The notes under the pieces: generated by a model
The model's input: the letters and a program-made list of their open reading frames with translations, nothing else
The model's database searches: none
What the model was told of the DNA's origin: nothing
Virus record (IMG/VR): IMGVR_UViG_3300042549_009011
Location: 1 to 64,000 of that record
DNA: 64,000 nt
From: a virus
Direction: 5' to 3' (one strand)
Shown: positions 11,051 through 21,817 of the stretch, one piece after another
How positions within the stretch are numbered: the stretch's first letter is position 1
Layout: every line of letters starts with the position of its first letter
Program-made: the position numbers and the translations under genes

Positions 11051-11296
11051 ATGAACTCAAACAATATTAAACAAGGCAGAGGTAGACCCACAGGTAGTAA
11101 CTCATTCATTCGCATTCGTGCTTGTGATCTAATCAAAATGGTTGGAGAGATGGCTGTGGTTCCAGTATCTAAGGTTTGGCTACGTGAGAACGGTCTCGAA
11201 TTGGTGGAAACCCAGATCAAGATTGCGACAGCAGCACCTGCCGTAGAAAACACAGAAGAAAAGATTCAATTCTCTATTACCAACTTCGAAGATTAA
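11051..11296 (+). CDS. Small protein with AT-hook-like GRGRP motif
   Basis: KQGRGRPTGS; own promoter TTGACA-N17-TACTTT. Confidence 0.55.
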   Translation: MNSNNIKQGRGRPTGSNSFIRIRACDLIKMVGEMAVVPVSKVWLRENGLELVETQIKIATAAPAVENTEEKIQFSITNFED

Positions 11297-11674
11297 TTAA
11301 AGAAACTTCTTGACAACCCCGAAACAATAAACAATAATACATCCAACAACTTAAAAAATATGCAAACACACGCAATGTCCAAAATTAACGCTAAGAAAAT
11401 TAAATCCGCGATTGATCGTATCGCGAATGTAAATTGTGAAATCTCACGCACTGGGAAGCTCTATAGGATCTCCGAAAACTCTGTAAATCGTTCAGTGTTT
11501 ATAGCTGTTTCTACTTTGGTAGAGTCTGGAGCTGGACTCCGAGAAATTATTACTACCGCAGCCGCTCTTCGTGGAATGCGAGCGTAAGAAGTAAAAACTT
11601 CTTGACACAGCCGCGAAAGTAAATCACAATCCCTTCGCACCCCCCATCAACACTAACTATTACTACACACTATT

Positions 11675-12580
11675 ATGTTTGACACACTTATTGGACAAGA
11701 CCACATCAAAAAATCCTTTGGATTCTATATCGAAGCTGCAAAAAACGGCGGCATCGTTCCCCCACTTCTCCTAACTGGTGCAAGAGGTTTAGGCAAGACA
11801 GAATATGCTCGCCAAATGGCAAAGAACCTAAAGAAACCTTTGTTGGAATTAAACTGTTCGACAATCAAGAACAATAGCCAGTTCTTCGAGCAGATCTTCA
11901 TGCCAGTCATTATGAACAACGATATCACAATCTTGTTCGATGAAAGCCACGCACTGCCTAGAGATTTGCAAAACGCATTTCTTACTGTCTTTAACGTAGA
12001 GAAAGGTTTCCGTAAACACTTCGAGTGGGATGGTTCTTCTATGGAGTTTGACTTTTCCCGCCAAAGTTATCTATTCGCTACAACCGAACCAGATAAAATC
12101 TTCGCTCCACTTAAAGATCGCTTTGAAGAGATCGACTTCCGCCCCTACTCCTCAGACGAGATGGCAGACATCCTCCAAGGTCGAACCGAGTGGGTAAAGT
12201 TTGAAGACAACGTTCTTGACAAGATTGTAGATACACTTCGCGGCAATGCTCGATCCGCAGTTAAACGTGCAAAACAAATCTGTCTTTACTGTGAGGGCAA
12301 GAATAGCCATAAGTTCGGGCAAGATGAGTGGAAAGATATGTGCGATACATTAGGCATTACTGCCGATGGTTTGTCAAACTCAGAGATACAAATTCTTTCT
12401 GTGCTTAAACAAAGAGGAGCTTGCACTTTGGCAATGTTAAGTGCCTCGACTGGTTTCTCTCGCACCGCACTTCAACGCGACATCGAAATGCACTTACTCC
12501 GCAAAGGCTTCATGCGTATCGACGGCAAACGCGAAATCACTGGTGCTGGCTGCAATGCCCTAGCAAAACTTTCTGTGTAG
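11675..12580 (+). CDS. ruvB: RuvB-like AAA+ ATPase (Holliday junction branch-migration helicase family)
   Basis: FDTLIGQ N-terminus, Walker A GARGLGKT, Walker B ILFDESH, ATT...PLKDRF, and a C-terminal IEMHLLRKGFM winged-helix region. Confidence 0.8.
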   Translation: MFDTLIGQDHIKKSFGFYIEAAKNGGIVPPLLLTGARGLGKTEYARQMAKNLKKPLLELNCSTIKNNSQFFEQIFMPVIMNNDITILFDESHALPRDLQNAFLTVFNVEKGFRKHFEWDGSSMEFDFSRQSYLFATTEPDKIFAPLKDRFEEIDFRPYSSDEMADILQGRTEWVKFEDNVLDKIVDTLRGNARSAVKRAKQICLYCEGKNSHKFGQDEWKDMCDTLGITADGLSNSEIQILSVLKQRGACTLAMLSASTGFSRTALQRDIEMHLLRKGFMRIDGKREITGAGCNALAKLSV

Positions 12581-12595
12581 TGAGTGTAGTAAACG

Positions 12596-12623
12596 AGGGG
12601 GTAGAGTTGTGTCTACCCCCTCA
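12596..12623 (+). terminator. Hairpin after ruvB-like gene
   Basis: GAGGGGGTAGA/TCTACCCCCTC inverted repeat; weak U-tract. Confidence 0.5.
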
Positions 12624-12896
12624 AACACCAAATTTCTTTTCGACAAATAAACAATATGGAAATACATATCCCGCAACATATCCGCGATGCGCTGAACAAA
12701 AGCCCCAACGCCAGCAAGAACAATACGATCATCGTCTGCCAAATAAACGAAACACTTTATAGTGCTAGATGGAACCTGCAACCCCATACAATGGAACTTG
12801 ACCAACTATGGGACACAAATTGTGAAAAGCAAGTCGCGAAATAACAAATTGCGAAATATAACTCGCGAAATAACAAATAATGCGCTTGTAGCTAAT

Positions 12897-12988
12897 AGGA
12901 GTGTGAGGTGAATGGTTAAACCAGCCAACTCATAATTGGTCAAACCCGTCTTGAACGGTTGCGGGTTCGAATCCCGCCGCTCCTACCA
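12897..12988 (+). tRNA. tRNA with CAT anticodon (Met or Ile2) and an atypical long variable arm
   Basis: Acceptor AGGAGTG/CGCTCCT, GCCAA-CTCATAA-TTGGT, V-arm CCGT/ACGG, GCGGG-TTCGAAT-CCCGC, ACCA; 92 nt. Confidence 0.85.
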
Positions 12989-13523
12989 AGTTTATGAATT
13001 TATCGGGGTTATGCTCCTCGCTGTGACAGTTGGCGCAAAGTAGATCGCATTTTGACCACTCAATCAAAATTGATTCCCAGTTTGTATTAGATAGTTTACG
13101 AGAGTCTAAAGCAAATAGTTTGTTGTTGGGATCTCTATGATGGAACTGTAACGCAGCAAAGTTTTTGTTATATCCGCATTTTGAACAGCCTCCGCCACTT
13201 TTAGTTATTAGTTCGAGCTTACGTGTTTTAGCTCGCTGTTGTTGATACTCGTTAGTGTTAGCCTGTTTAGTGCAAAAGTTTTTTTGTTTACATGCAGTGC
13301 TGCAAAATTTAGTCTTACATCCAGATAAAGCTTCTCCACAACAAATACAAAAAAATAAATTAGAACATTCTTTTACTGCCTTACGAATATTAGACGCTTT
13401 TGTGTTAAGTCCATACTTGCGCAACCAATAACGAATATTTGTTTGACTGCCATTCATTTGTTTTGCTATTTGATGAGTGGATAATCCAAGATCAATTAAT
13501 TTTTGCAGTTCTAGCTTATTCAT
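12930..13523 (-). CDS. HNH homing endonuclease with N-terminal HTH and zinc finger
   Basis: CSKCGY...LQFHHRDP...KCDLLCANCHSEEH; lies inside the tRNA cluster. Confidence 0.85.
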   Translation of the reverse strand: MNKLELQKLIDLGLSTHQIAKQMNGSQTNIRYWLRKYGLNTKASNIRKAVKECSNLFFCICCGEALSGCKTKFCSTACKQKNFCTKQANTNEYQQQRAKTRKLELITKSGGGCSKCGYNKNFAALQFHHRDPNNKLFALDSRKLSNTNWESILIEWSKCDLLCANCHSEEHNPDKFINLVGAAGFEPATVQDGFDQL

Positions 13524-13595
13524 ATATGTATTTATTCATAATTACACTTATAGCTTGACAGGGAGAAAAATCTTATTACATTCTTTTAGGGGAAA

Positions 13596-13672
13596 GGGTT
13601 GGTAGTCCAACTGGCAGAGACAGCAGACTTAAAATCTGCACAGTATGGGTTCGACTCCCATCCAACCTACCA
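13596..13672 (+). tRNA. tRNA-Leu(TAA), short variable arm
   Basis: GGGTTGG/CCAACCT, GCAGA-CTTAAAA-TCTGC, GTTCGA T-loop, CCA; 77 nt. Confidence 0.9.
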
Positions 13673-13680
13673 ATTTAAAA

Positions 13681-13757
13681 GCTTCTGTAGCTCAATTGGA
13701 TAGAGCAATAACCTTCTAAGTTATCGGTTACAAGTTCGAATCTTGTCAGAAGCACCA
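13681..13757 (+). tRNA. tRNA-Arg(TCT)
   Basis: GCTTCTG/CAGAAGC, ATAAC-CTTCTAA-GTTAT, GTTCGAA, CCA. Confidence 0.95.
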
Positions 13758-13815
13758 TTTTTTAATCAAAATAAATATTGACAAACCTGCCGCGAAAAGC
13801 TAATCTCTTCCCGAT

Positions 13816-15269
13816 ATGAATAACGAAATACAACAAATACACGACTGCGAAAGCTCATTAGATTGCTCCGCACATGAACTGCTCTGCCACCTAACTTCGG
13901 ATACCAAGGCGAAGTGGTATGAGTTCAGCGAAGCGATGCATGAAGACCTCCGAGCAAAATTCGGAGATGTGTTTGACAACTTCCCACAATGAAAACCAAA
14001 CAACCGACAATCAACGTGGGTGACAGAGTCGAACTCGCAAACCCAGAGGCAAGAGCTAGACTCTTCAATATGAACAACGGCATCGTTGTCAACTATCATG
14101 GCGAACACGATCCCAAGAACCCAAGAGTAAGATGGGCATCTGGCTGGGGCGTTACCTCAAAAGCGAAAGAGCTTCGCCTCATGACCGCAGAAGAAATCGC
14201 GGCGTTGCCAGTGCCACTTACCATGCCTATCGACAAATAAACAAATAACTATCTTATGATTACAGCAAAACAAATACTACAAAACCGCAGCATTGATGAT
14301 CAGACGACCGCGACACTCATTTTAGAAGTGCCGTGGGACGAAACAAACTACGGCTCAGTAGATCGTATTCTCGCTGAAGCACTCGAAGAAGAAGCTTGGG
14401 ATGGCATCGAGATAATGGACTACGAACCAGTATCGTATGATTGCGAAAAGAAAACCTTTCAAATAAGGTATACTCTTGGGGTGACTGAGCTTCTTGATCT
14501 TGTAGAGGAAGAAGATTAAACATGGCGAGAACAGCAACAGAGTGGTACAATTACTTATGTTCGTTTAGAGTAGGGGGCGAGGAACCGTTAACTACAGCGC
14601 TGAGACTTGGTATCAAAGCTAAGCAGGGTGATGGGAGAATGCATTGTAGGTTCCCATTTAAAGACAAAACAAAAGATGTTGTTTTTTTACCGCGCCCACG
14701 CCCTCTACTCAGAGAACTAAAGGATGCTGCGACTGGCGACATCGAAGCAATACACAGGATGGTTGTCCTGCACATGTGCGACGAGTTCCAATACAACCCT
14801 CACGGCAAAAAGGGAAGCGAATTAATACCATATCAACTTGCATCTCTTGAGTCTGGTAAGCAACTGAGTGAAGCATATCCACATCTTCCGCAAGGAGAAA
14901 CGCTAAAGGATGTGCCGAAGTGGTAAAAATATATTGACAAACTGCCGCGATTTGTTACATTTCTCCCGCCTTCAAAACACTTAACTAACTACTACTATGT
15001 TTATTGATTACAAAACTACCGTTTGGGAACGATTCGAAATCGAAGATCAAGATAAAGATCTACTGCTTGAGTTCTTGAAAGAGAACCCCAAAGCATCTGC
15101 GATGGATATTTACACTTGGTATTGTGATAATGGTGGAGATCCTCATTGCGAAACAATCGAAGGAACATCTGAAGAAATGTCTGTTGAGGATAACAAAGGA
15201 AGTTCTACTCTTGAAATTGTCTCTGAGACTTATGATGGCAACGAAATGATTTATCAAAATGGTAAATAA
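13816..15269 (+). CDS. Hypothetical ORFs (13816-13992, 13989-14240, 14256-14519, 14522-14926, 14997-15269)
   Basis: ORF track plus manual translation; several are strongly acidic. Confidence 0.65.
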
Positions 15270-15336
15270 TGTTGACAAACATCAGTAAATTCATTAACTT
15301 TCTCCCGCCTTCATAAACTACTAACTAATTACTACT

Positions 15337-15861
15337 ATGCCAAACTGGTGCTTTAATCAACTAACTGTTACTAACTCTACCCCGAAACTCGAATCATTCC
15401 TCAAGGAACATGGTTTGTCTTTCGAGGCTATCGTCAAACCAAATCGTCCAGAGAATGATGAGAATGGTTTCGGGACTGTCAACGCTCAACAGTCTGCTTG
15501 GGGAACTAAGTGGGATCTAGAAGAGAACGACGCAAAAGAAGTTGCTGATTCGCTCATTGAAGATAACGCTGCATCGTTCGACACAGCTTGGTCGCCACCA
15601 TCCGAAGCTATCCGTGTGCTTAGTGAAATCACTGATGCTTGCTTCGAGCTGGCATTCTACGAGCCAGGATGCTGGTTCTGGGGCAAAGAAAGTTTTCAAG
15701 ATGGACAAATCTTTACAGATACAAATTCTGAGTCTGGCTCAAAAGAAGAACTCTTTGAGTTCCTAGTAGAAGAGATGGGTTACGATGAAGAAGACGCACG
15801 ACAAGAAGTCTTCGGTGACGAAGAAGAAGCAGAGGAAGAAGAAGTAGAAGCAACAGAATAA
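15337..15861 (+). CDS. YubB/Api92-like ferredoxin-fold (DUF1281-related) protein
   Basis: MPNWCxN, WGTKWD, FDTAWSPP and YEPG motifs. Confidence 0.75.
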   Translation: MPNWCFNQLTVTNSTPKLESFLKEHGLSFEAIVKPNRPENDENGFGTVNAQQSAWGTKWDLEENDAKEVADSLIEDNAASFDTAWSPPSEAIRVLSEITDACFELAFYEPGCWFWGKESFQDGQIFTDTNSESGSKEELFEFLVEEMGYDEEDARQEVFGDEEEAEEEEVEATE

Positions 15862-16142
15862 AAACTTTTCGGTAACATGGTAAATAAGTCCTCTTCTCTG
15901 GTGTGGTGCTGGGGAAGAGGCGATTGCCAAAAGAATAAATGCCAAATAAATAAATTGTAAATAATAAAACTGCAAATAATCAATTGCTAAATAAATAAGC
16001 TCTAAATAAGCGAAGTGTGTATACATGGTAAATTTTTATGGTGGGGCGGGAGGTTCGCATAAAAAAGATTTTTTATTGCAGGGTGGGTCGCTCGCATAAA
16101 AAACTGTTAGAGTATTCTGTTAGAGTTTCTGTTAGAGAATAG

Positions 16143-16165
16143 ACCCCCCTCTTTCGAGGGGGGAT
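16143..16165. terminator. Hairpin at the convergence of + and - early transcription
   Basis: CCCCCCTC-TTTC-GAGGGGGG. Confidence 0.6.
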
Positions 16166-16261
16166 CACTTACGCCGTCACAAGAAAAGCATAGGCACGGT
16201 TTTCATCTCCACATTGCGGCAACCCCAAGGATAAACGCACAGACTAAGATTTCTGGTAAGC

Positions 16262-16960
16262 TCATACGGGTTCAAGAACAAAACCCGTTGCATCTTTTTT
16301 CGCTTTGCCTTTCTCGACAAGCCCGACGATGACGTTTTGAGGGTCGTTAAAGCGGAGGTCGCTTTCATCACCGCTCACAACACGCTTGCCTTTCCACGAT
16401 GCAGGAAGTTCGCCACGGAACACGACAGCGACGTTCCCACCGCTTGCAAGCACAGCGTCAACAAGTGCTTCATTGCTTTCGGAACGCGAGAACGTCAAGT
16501 GATAATTGGAAGGAAGCTCACCAGCAAGGAAAGCCGACATACGAGAAGCGTATTTCGTGTAGTCGTAGTATTGACATTGTGGGAAAAGTTCAAAAATGTT
16601 TTTTCCGTTAATGAGAACTTTTTCCCATGGAATGTCACTTGTGAGGTTTAAGCGAAAGCATGGAATCAAATTTTTTCTTTCCGCCGATTTGATTGCAGAA
16701 GTGATTTCTTTGACAAGCTGAGCCATGAACAAAGCCTTATCCTTAAAAAAGAATTTAGTTTTTTCGATTCGTGCATTTTGCACAGTCGAGAAGATACCAT
16801 GTCCAGCCGTGTTCAAGCAAGAATCGCCGCATCCAACGCTTGCGTGTTTGCAAGTGTTGAAGCCCGACAAGTTGGACGGAGCAAGATGAACGCCGAAGGT
16901 TTGGAAGCCGAGAGCCTCGCCTTTTTTAATTTTAGTGTTTGCAGTAGTTAGTAGTTTCAT
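16262..16960 (-). CDS. Gp88-like conserved phage protein
   Basis: RLNLTSDIPWE, YYDYTK, NYHLTFSRSE, GNVAVVF and GDESDLRFND motifs. Confidence 0.7.
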   Translation of the reverse strand: MKLLTTANTKIKKGEALGFQTFGVHLAPSNLSGFNTCKHASVGCGDSCLNTAGHGIFSTVQNARIEKTKFFFKDKALFMAQLVKEITSAIKSAERKNLIPCFRLNLTSDIPWEKVLINGKNIFELFPQCQYYDYTKYASRMSAFLAGELPSNYHLTFSRSESNEALVDAVLASGGNVAVVFRGELPASWKGKRVVSGDESDLRFNDPQNVIVGLVEKGKAKKDATGFVLEPV

Positions 16961-17001
16961 AACGGGGAAAAGTTAGCTGTTTCGAGTTGAGTTGTCAAGC
17001 A

Positions 17002-17352
17002 TTACCACCAAGAAGAATAGGCTACAATCAAACCATCAGCGATTGCAGCCTTGGCATCCTTGATGAATTTAAGGGTTTGCTCTTTTTGGTATTCGTCAAA
17101 GCGAGAATCTCCACCATAGAAGAAGCCTCCAGTTTCTGGAAGATTATCTCTGATAACGGCAGCCTCAAGATCATTGATATCATCGAGCGTCAAAACGACT
17201 TCAACGCAATTAAATTCACCCTCGCCGCCGTTATCGTGCCAGAGAGATTTCATCCAGCCTTGAAGTGCGTTGTGTTTCCGCCAATAGGCGAGTTCTTGAT
17301 GTTGTTCTTGTTGATTTGGTTTGCGTGTGTATGCGTACTGATCTAATCCCAT
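17002..17352 (-). CDS. Conserved phage hypothetical protein (MGLDQY...YWRKHN family)
   Basis: MGLDQYAY, ELAYWRKHNALQGWM, and a C-terminal YSSWW. Confidence 0.7.
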   Translation of the reverse strand: MGLDQYAYTRKPNQQEQHQELAYWRKHNALQGWMKSLWHDNGGEGEFNCVEVVLTLDDINDLEAAVIRDNLPETGGFFYGGDSRFDEYQKEQTLKFIKDAKAAIADGLIVAYSSWW

Positions 17353-17579
17353 AATTTTGTGTTGGTTGGTTACAGGGAAAAGATAACATTTCCTGCGAGA
17401 TTGTCAATTTTTTTCGATTAAAAAATAAATTAAAAAAAGACTTGACAACATCCCGCAAAAAAAACATTTGACAATTTTTATCTGGCGGCGGGGCGCTGGC
17501 ATAAAAAACTGTTAGAAAACTGTTAGAGAATTGTGCAAAAAAAACCGCCCCACTTTCGCGGGGCGGCTTGGGTTAGCGA

Positions 17580-18401
17580 TCAGTCGCGGAGATCAACTTC
17601 ACCCTCTGGGGCGTTGTCCTCGCAACCTTTCGTTACGATTTCTTGAAGCTCAAGTTGTGGCACGTGATGAGCGAGCTTGTCGAAGATGCTCTGCATCGTC
17701 ATCGTGCGGAATGGCAACTTGGAAAGATCACCGCCCTTGAGGTTTTCAGTTACGGCGTTGTAGAGATTCCACAACGTGTTACCCACGAAGTCAACGTGGC
17801 GGGGATTTTCTGAACCCTCCATGTGACGGCGGAACTCCACGACATTTGTGTAAAGGTCACGGGCTGGGATTGCTTTCGAGTCAACCAATCTCACAAGCAG
17901 ATTCTCAGCTTGAGCGGAGGAAATGAAAGTTTCCTTGTAGCGTTCAATACGCAAGCCCATGTCGTTCCAATGAGCGACAACGCGAGCCACAGCATCAGCG
18001 ATCACGCGAGGGAGATCAGCCAAGATGTTGAGAGTGTGACGGCGTGAGAGCTTCACATCAGACGAGAAGCAAAGATTTTCGCAAACCATCATGCGATTGC
18101 CGATGCAGATTGCGGCGGCGAAAGCCTTGTCATGGGAATTGCGAAGACCCAAAACGACTTGGCGATCCGTGCCGTCGATACCCTTGCCAGTGAGAGCGAA
18201 GCCGCCGAAGTAGCGAAGACCGCCACGGGCAAGCGAGTGTTCTTCCTCAACGATGGTCAGACCGACCGCCTCGATAGCTTCACGGGTAAGCTTGACGAGA
18301 GTATGGTGAGGAATTGGCATATGAGAATCGGTTGCTTCTGGAGTTTCAACACCCAAGAGTTGCTCGAATTGAACTTTGTTTTTTGCGATGATAAGTGACA
18401 T
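17580..18401 (-). CDS. DUF932-family protein
   Basis: LGLRNSHDK...GNRMMVCENLCFS...RRHT and TLWNLYNAVTE motifs. Confidence 0.75.
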   Translation of the reverse strand: MSLIIAKNKVQFEQLLGVETPEATDSHMPIPHHTLVKLTREAIEAVGLTIVEEEHSLARGGLRYFGGFALTGKGIDGTDRQVVLGLRNSHDKAFAAAICIGNRMMVCENLCFSSDVKLSRRHTLNILADLPRVIADAVARVVAHWNDMGLRIERYKETFISSAQAENLLVRLVDSKAIPARDLYTNVVEFRRHMEGSENPRHVDFVGNTLWNLYNAVTENLKGGDLSKLPFRTMTMQSIFDKLAHHVPQLELQEIVTKGCEDNAPEGEVDLRD

Positions 18402-18871
18402 ATTGTTATTTTCTGTTTTTAGTGGTTAAGAGTGCCTTTCGTGGCGACAAGAGAAAGATAGCATATCGTGCGAGTTTGTCCACACATTTTTATTTGTTTT
18501 TGCATTTTTATTTTTGCGGGAAAGTGAAAAAAACGCTTGACAACCCCTGGAAAAAACCATCTAACAGATTTTTATGCGGCGGGGGGACGCTAGGATAAAA
18601 AAATTATTTCTCTTCTTTTATCTCTCTTTTGCCGTCTCGCCTCACACGTTTATTTTGTGGGCGTTTCCAATCGCGCAAGTGCTTCCACCATTGGACAGTC
18701 TTCACAGATCCTTTGCCTTTACCTGCCGAAGCCATCGCGACATTCCTTTCTGCTTGCCTCTTTCTTCTTGTCCTTGAAGCGGATCACACAGGGAGGCATT
18801 GCGTGACGCACTAGGTTTCTCATGTCAAGGCTATTCTTTGAAAGTTCTTTGGGGGTTTTCTTTTTCATTTT

Positions 18872-19201
18872 TTAAATTGCGTAAGTTGTTCGATAAGCGA
18901 TTCCCATTTCTTTACACACTTGCTTAAAGACTTTGCCGTGAAAGTCATTTCTACCATTGACTTTGAATGTTCCGCCCATGCGTGAGAATTGGATGCAATG
19001 AGCAATCTCATGCAAGAGAACATATTTAAAAATGGAAAAGTTGTTTAAAACTATTTTGTTTAACTCAACCTTTTTTTCCCAAGGGTTAGCAAAACCAAGA
19101 GTTCTTTTAACGTGAGGATTCCAGTAGAGAGTGTAGTCATGTAAGCCGTATTGTTTAAAGGTTAGATGGGCGTATTGTTCGACTTCTTGTGTGGTGAGCA
19201 T
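18872..19201 (-). CDS. SprT-like zinc metalloprotease
   Basis: VLLHEIAH plus downstream HGKVFK. Confidence 0.75.
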   Translation of the reverse strand: MLTTQEVEQYAHLTFKQYGLHDYTLYWNPHVKRTLGFANPWEKKVELNKIVLNNFSIFKYVLLHEIAHCIQFSRMGGTFKVNGRNDFHGKVFKQVCKEMGIAYRTTYAI

Positions 19202-19250
19202 GGCAAAAGTTTAACTGTTTTAGGGATTGTGTCAATTATTTTTATTCTCC

Positions 19251-21817
19251 TTAACCGACTTCTTCTAGCATCTCTGGATTAAGCCATACAAATTCATTTT
19301 CTAAATGAGAAAGAATTGGGTAAACTCCATATTCTTTTTTGCCCGTATCTGTCCAGATTTCTCTTTTTAGAGTTTCTTCAAGTTTCTTTTTTAGTTTTTT
19401 TAACTTGGTTTCTGTCATTAGATACGAAGAATATTGACTTTGGTATTCTGTAGTATGCTCTATCTTTAATCGAAATTTTTTCATAGCTGCAAAAGTTTAA
19501 CTGTTTATTCTTCTGTGTCAATAGAAAGTTCAGAAGTAAAAAAGATTTCTCCGTATGATGTAACAAAACGATAAGATCCGTCTTGTAGTTCTGTGAAATC
19601 TTCCTGATTGTATAACAGGCTTTTTCCGATTTCGCTCATGATAACATCGACAGCTACTTCGTCGAGGTCGTCACGGGGAATGTCAATGGTTATTTTCATG
19701 GTGCTGTGGGATTTAGATTATTTGTTTTCCTCCAAGAAGTCAACAAAAGATTCTGCAAGATCAAAGATTAGTTCTTGCACATACCAATAAGGATCTTCAT
19801 TGCCAGCGGCTCTTTGAATCGCGTCCCAAATCAAAACTTTGTCTTGTTCGGGATGGTTTTCTTCGATAATAACAAGCGAAAGCTTTTCAGCGTCCCAGCT
19901 TTGATCCCAGCTAGAAAGGAAGTGGGAGGCAGCACGAAGAATTGCTTTTGCGTGAATCGGATTGCTTGTGTCGAGGTGATCAGTCATGCAAGGAACTTAT
20001 CATTTGAGAGTGCGAACGTCAACATTTTTTATTGATTATATTATTAATTAAAACACTTGACAAGATTGTGCCGAAAGCATCTAACAGATTTTTATCTCGC
20101 GGCGGGGCGCTCGCATAAAAAATTGAGGGGGCAGCGCATACCACCGCGCCACCCCTAATTCACCATGCCACAGAAATTATACGTGGAAACCTTCTTCTTC
20201 TAACACTTCAGCAACAGCTTCTTGTGCGATGTTGTAGAGTTCTGAGACGAGGGCAGTATCACCCTCCTCCTCGATGTATTCTTCCATAGCATCGAGTGCG
20301 TACATGACGCAAGGAAGATCTGGGAGGTCTGACATGGAAAGCCCACACAGATCGTAACAGGCTTGATTCATAATGGTAATGCAGCGTTTGCGGATGTTCA
20401 TAGTGGTAATTCTTTTAGAGTTTTGCGGGGACAAGGATTGTAATTTGCGTTTCTTCTCCTTCATTGTCAATCAAAAAAAGATTTGAACCGCTAACTCTCA
20501 CCATTTTGTTTTCTCCCTCTTGGAATTTCGCGCAGTATTCTAAGCCCTCAATATCCCAGCCGAGATAAAGAAATTCGTTTTCATCTGATCCGTTTAAATC
20601 ATCCAGACATGGAAATGTCAGGGTGTCGTCAATGATAATTGCAGATGCGTCTTGAATGATAGCAAAGGCTTCTTGTAAAGGTATGTATTTCATAGTGGCG
20701 ATAGTTTAATGTTTTTGGGGCGAGTTGTCAACTATTTTTAATCAAATGGCGGCAAATACTTTTTTACCATTTAAAATAACTTCTTCCGCGCGAAAAATAT
20801 CTTGATTTTTGCACTGGAACTGATTGACCTCATACGGATTATATCGCACGGATTGAAACCATTTATTAGATTGTAAGCTCGAAACCAACTCACCCAAGAT
20901 GTAGGCGTGAACGTTCTTTCTTTTTTCTTTGATTACTCTCTGGCGACCAGCCTGAGATACCTTAAAGCTTGCGTTGCGAAGATAAGCATCTTCTAGATGG
21001 CAAACGACTTTCCACCTTCCATTCACTTTCGCTTGAACGGAAAGTTTTTTCTTGTGGAGGTTGAAATAGATTCTGACTTGTTGATTGAGTGGTATCATGG
21101 CAAGAGAAAATTACACTGTGAACGCCAATTTGTCAAATACTTTTTTGCTAATAAGCTGTAAACGAGCTGCAAATAAATAAGCTGCAAATAAGAAATCGCC
21201 AAATAACGCTTGACAGGGGTAAATTTTTATGGTGGGGCGGGTAGTTGGTATAAAAATCTTTTTTATTCAAAGGTGGGGCGCTGGCATAAAAATCTGTTAG
21301 AGCGTCCGAGGTGTTCGTGTCAAGTATTTTTTTGGAAAAGGTTAGCGGGGAGAGCCACCACAACTCTCCCCGCTTTCACCATGCATCAGATCACCACATC
21401 TGAAAACGTAACGCTTGAAAACTTTTTGTGAATTGCTCCACACTTGAACTCAACCACCTTTTCAGGTTGGAAAGAGAACCAGCCTTTGCGGTTGCGGTCA
21501 ACGGCAGACTTGTAGCCAGCGGCTTTCAAGCCTTGAGTAGCTGGGTGATTTGAATTTCCTTTGACAAGATAATCGTAGCGGTTTTTCGCATTGATTGTGC
21601 GGAGAGTTCCGTCTTTCTTCTCGAAAGTGATAGAGAAGAATTTGCCTTTGGTTTGTTCGATGAGTTGGTCGATGTTTTGTTGCATAGTTTTTTTGTTTTG
21701 TTTTTCTTTACGAGAGTGAATGTAGAGTGAAATGCCACGGGTGGCAAGATAAAAAATAGAGAAAAGTGCTGGAATTGAGGCGACGACGAGGATGGAGTGA
21801 ATTAAGTTTTCTTTCAT
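19251..21817 (-). CDS. Monocistronic small early ORFs (19251-19484, 19505-19699, 19718-19987, 20177-20401, 20415-20693, 20742-21098, 21386-21817)
   Basis: Most are preceded by their own TTGACA-N16/17-TAANNT promoter; 20742-21098 (YFNLHK...RKNVHA) and 21386 (FFSITFEKKDGTLR) carry motifs common in phage hypotheticals. Confidence 0.7.
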
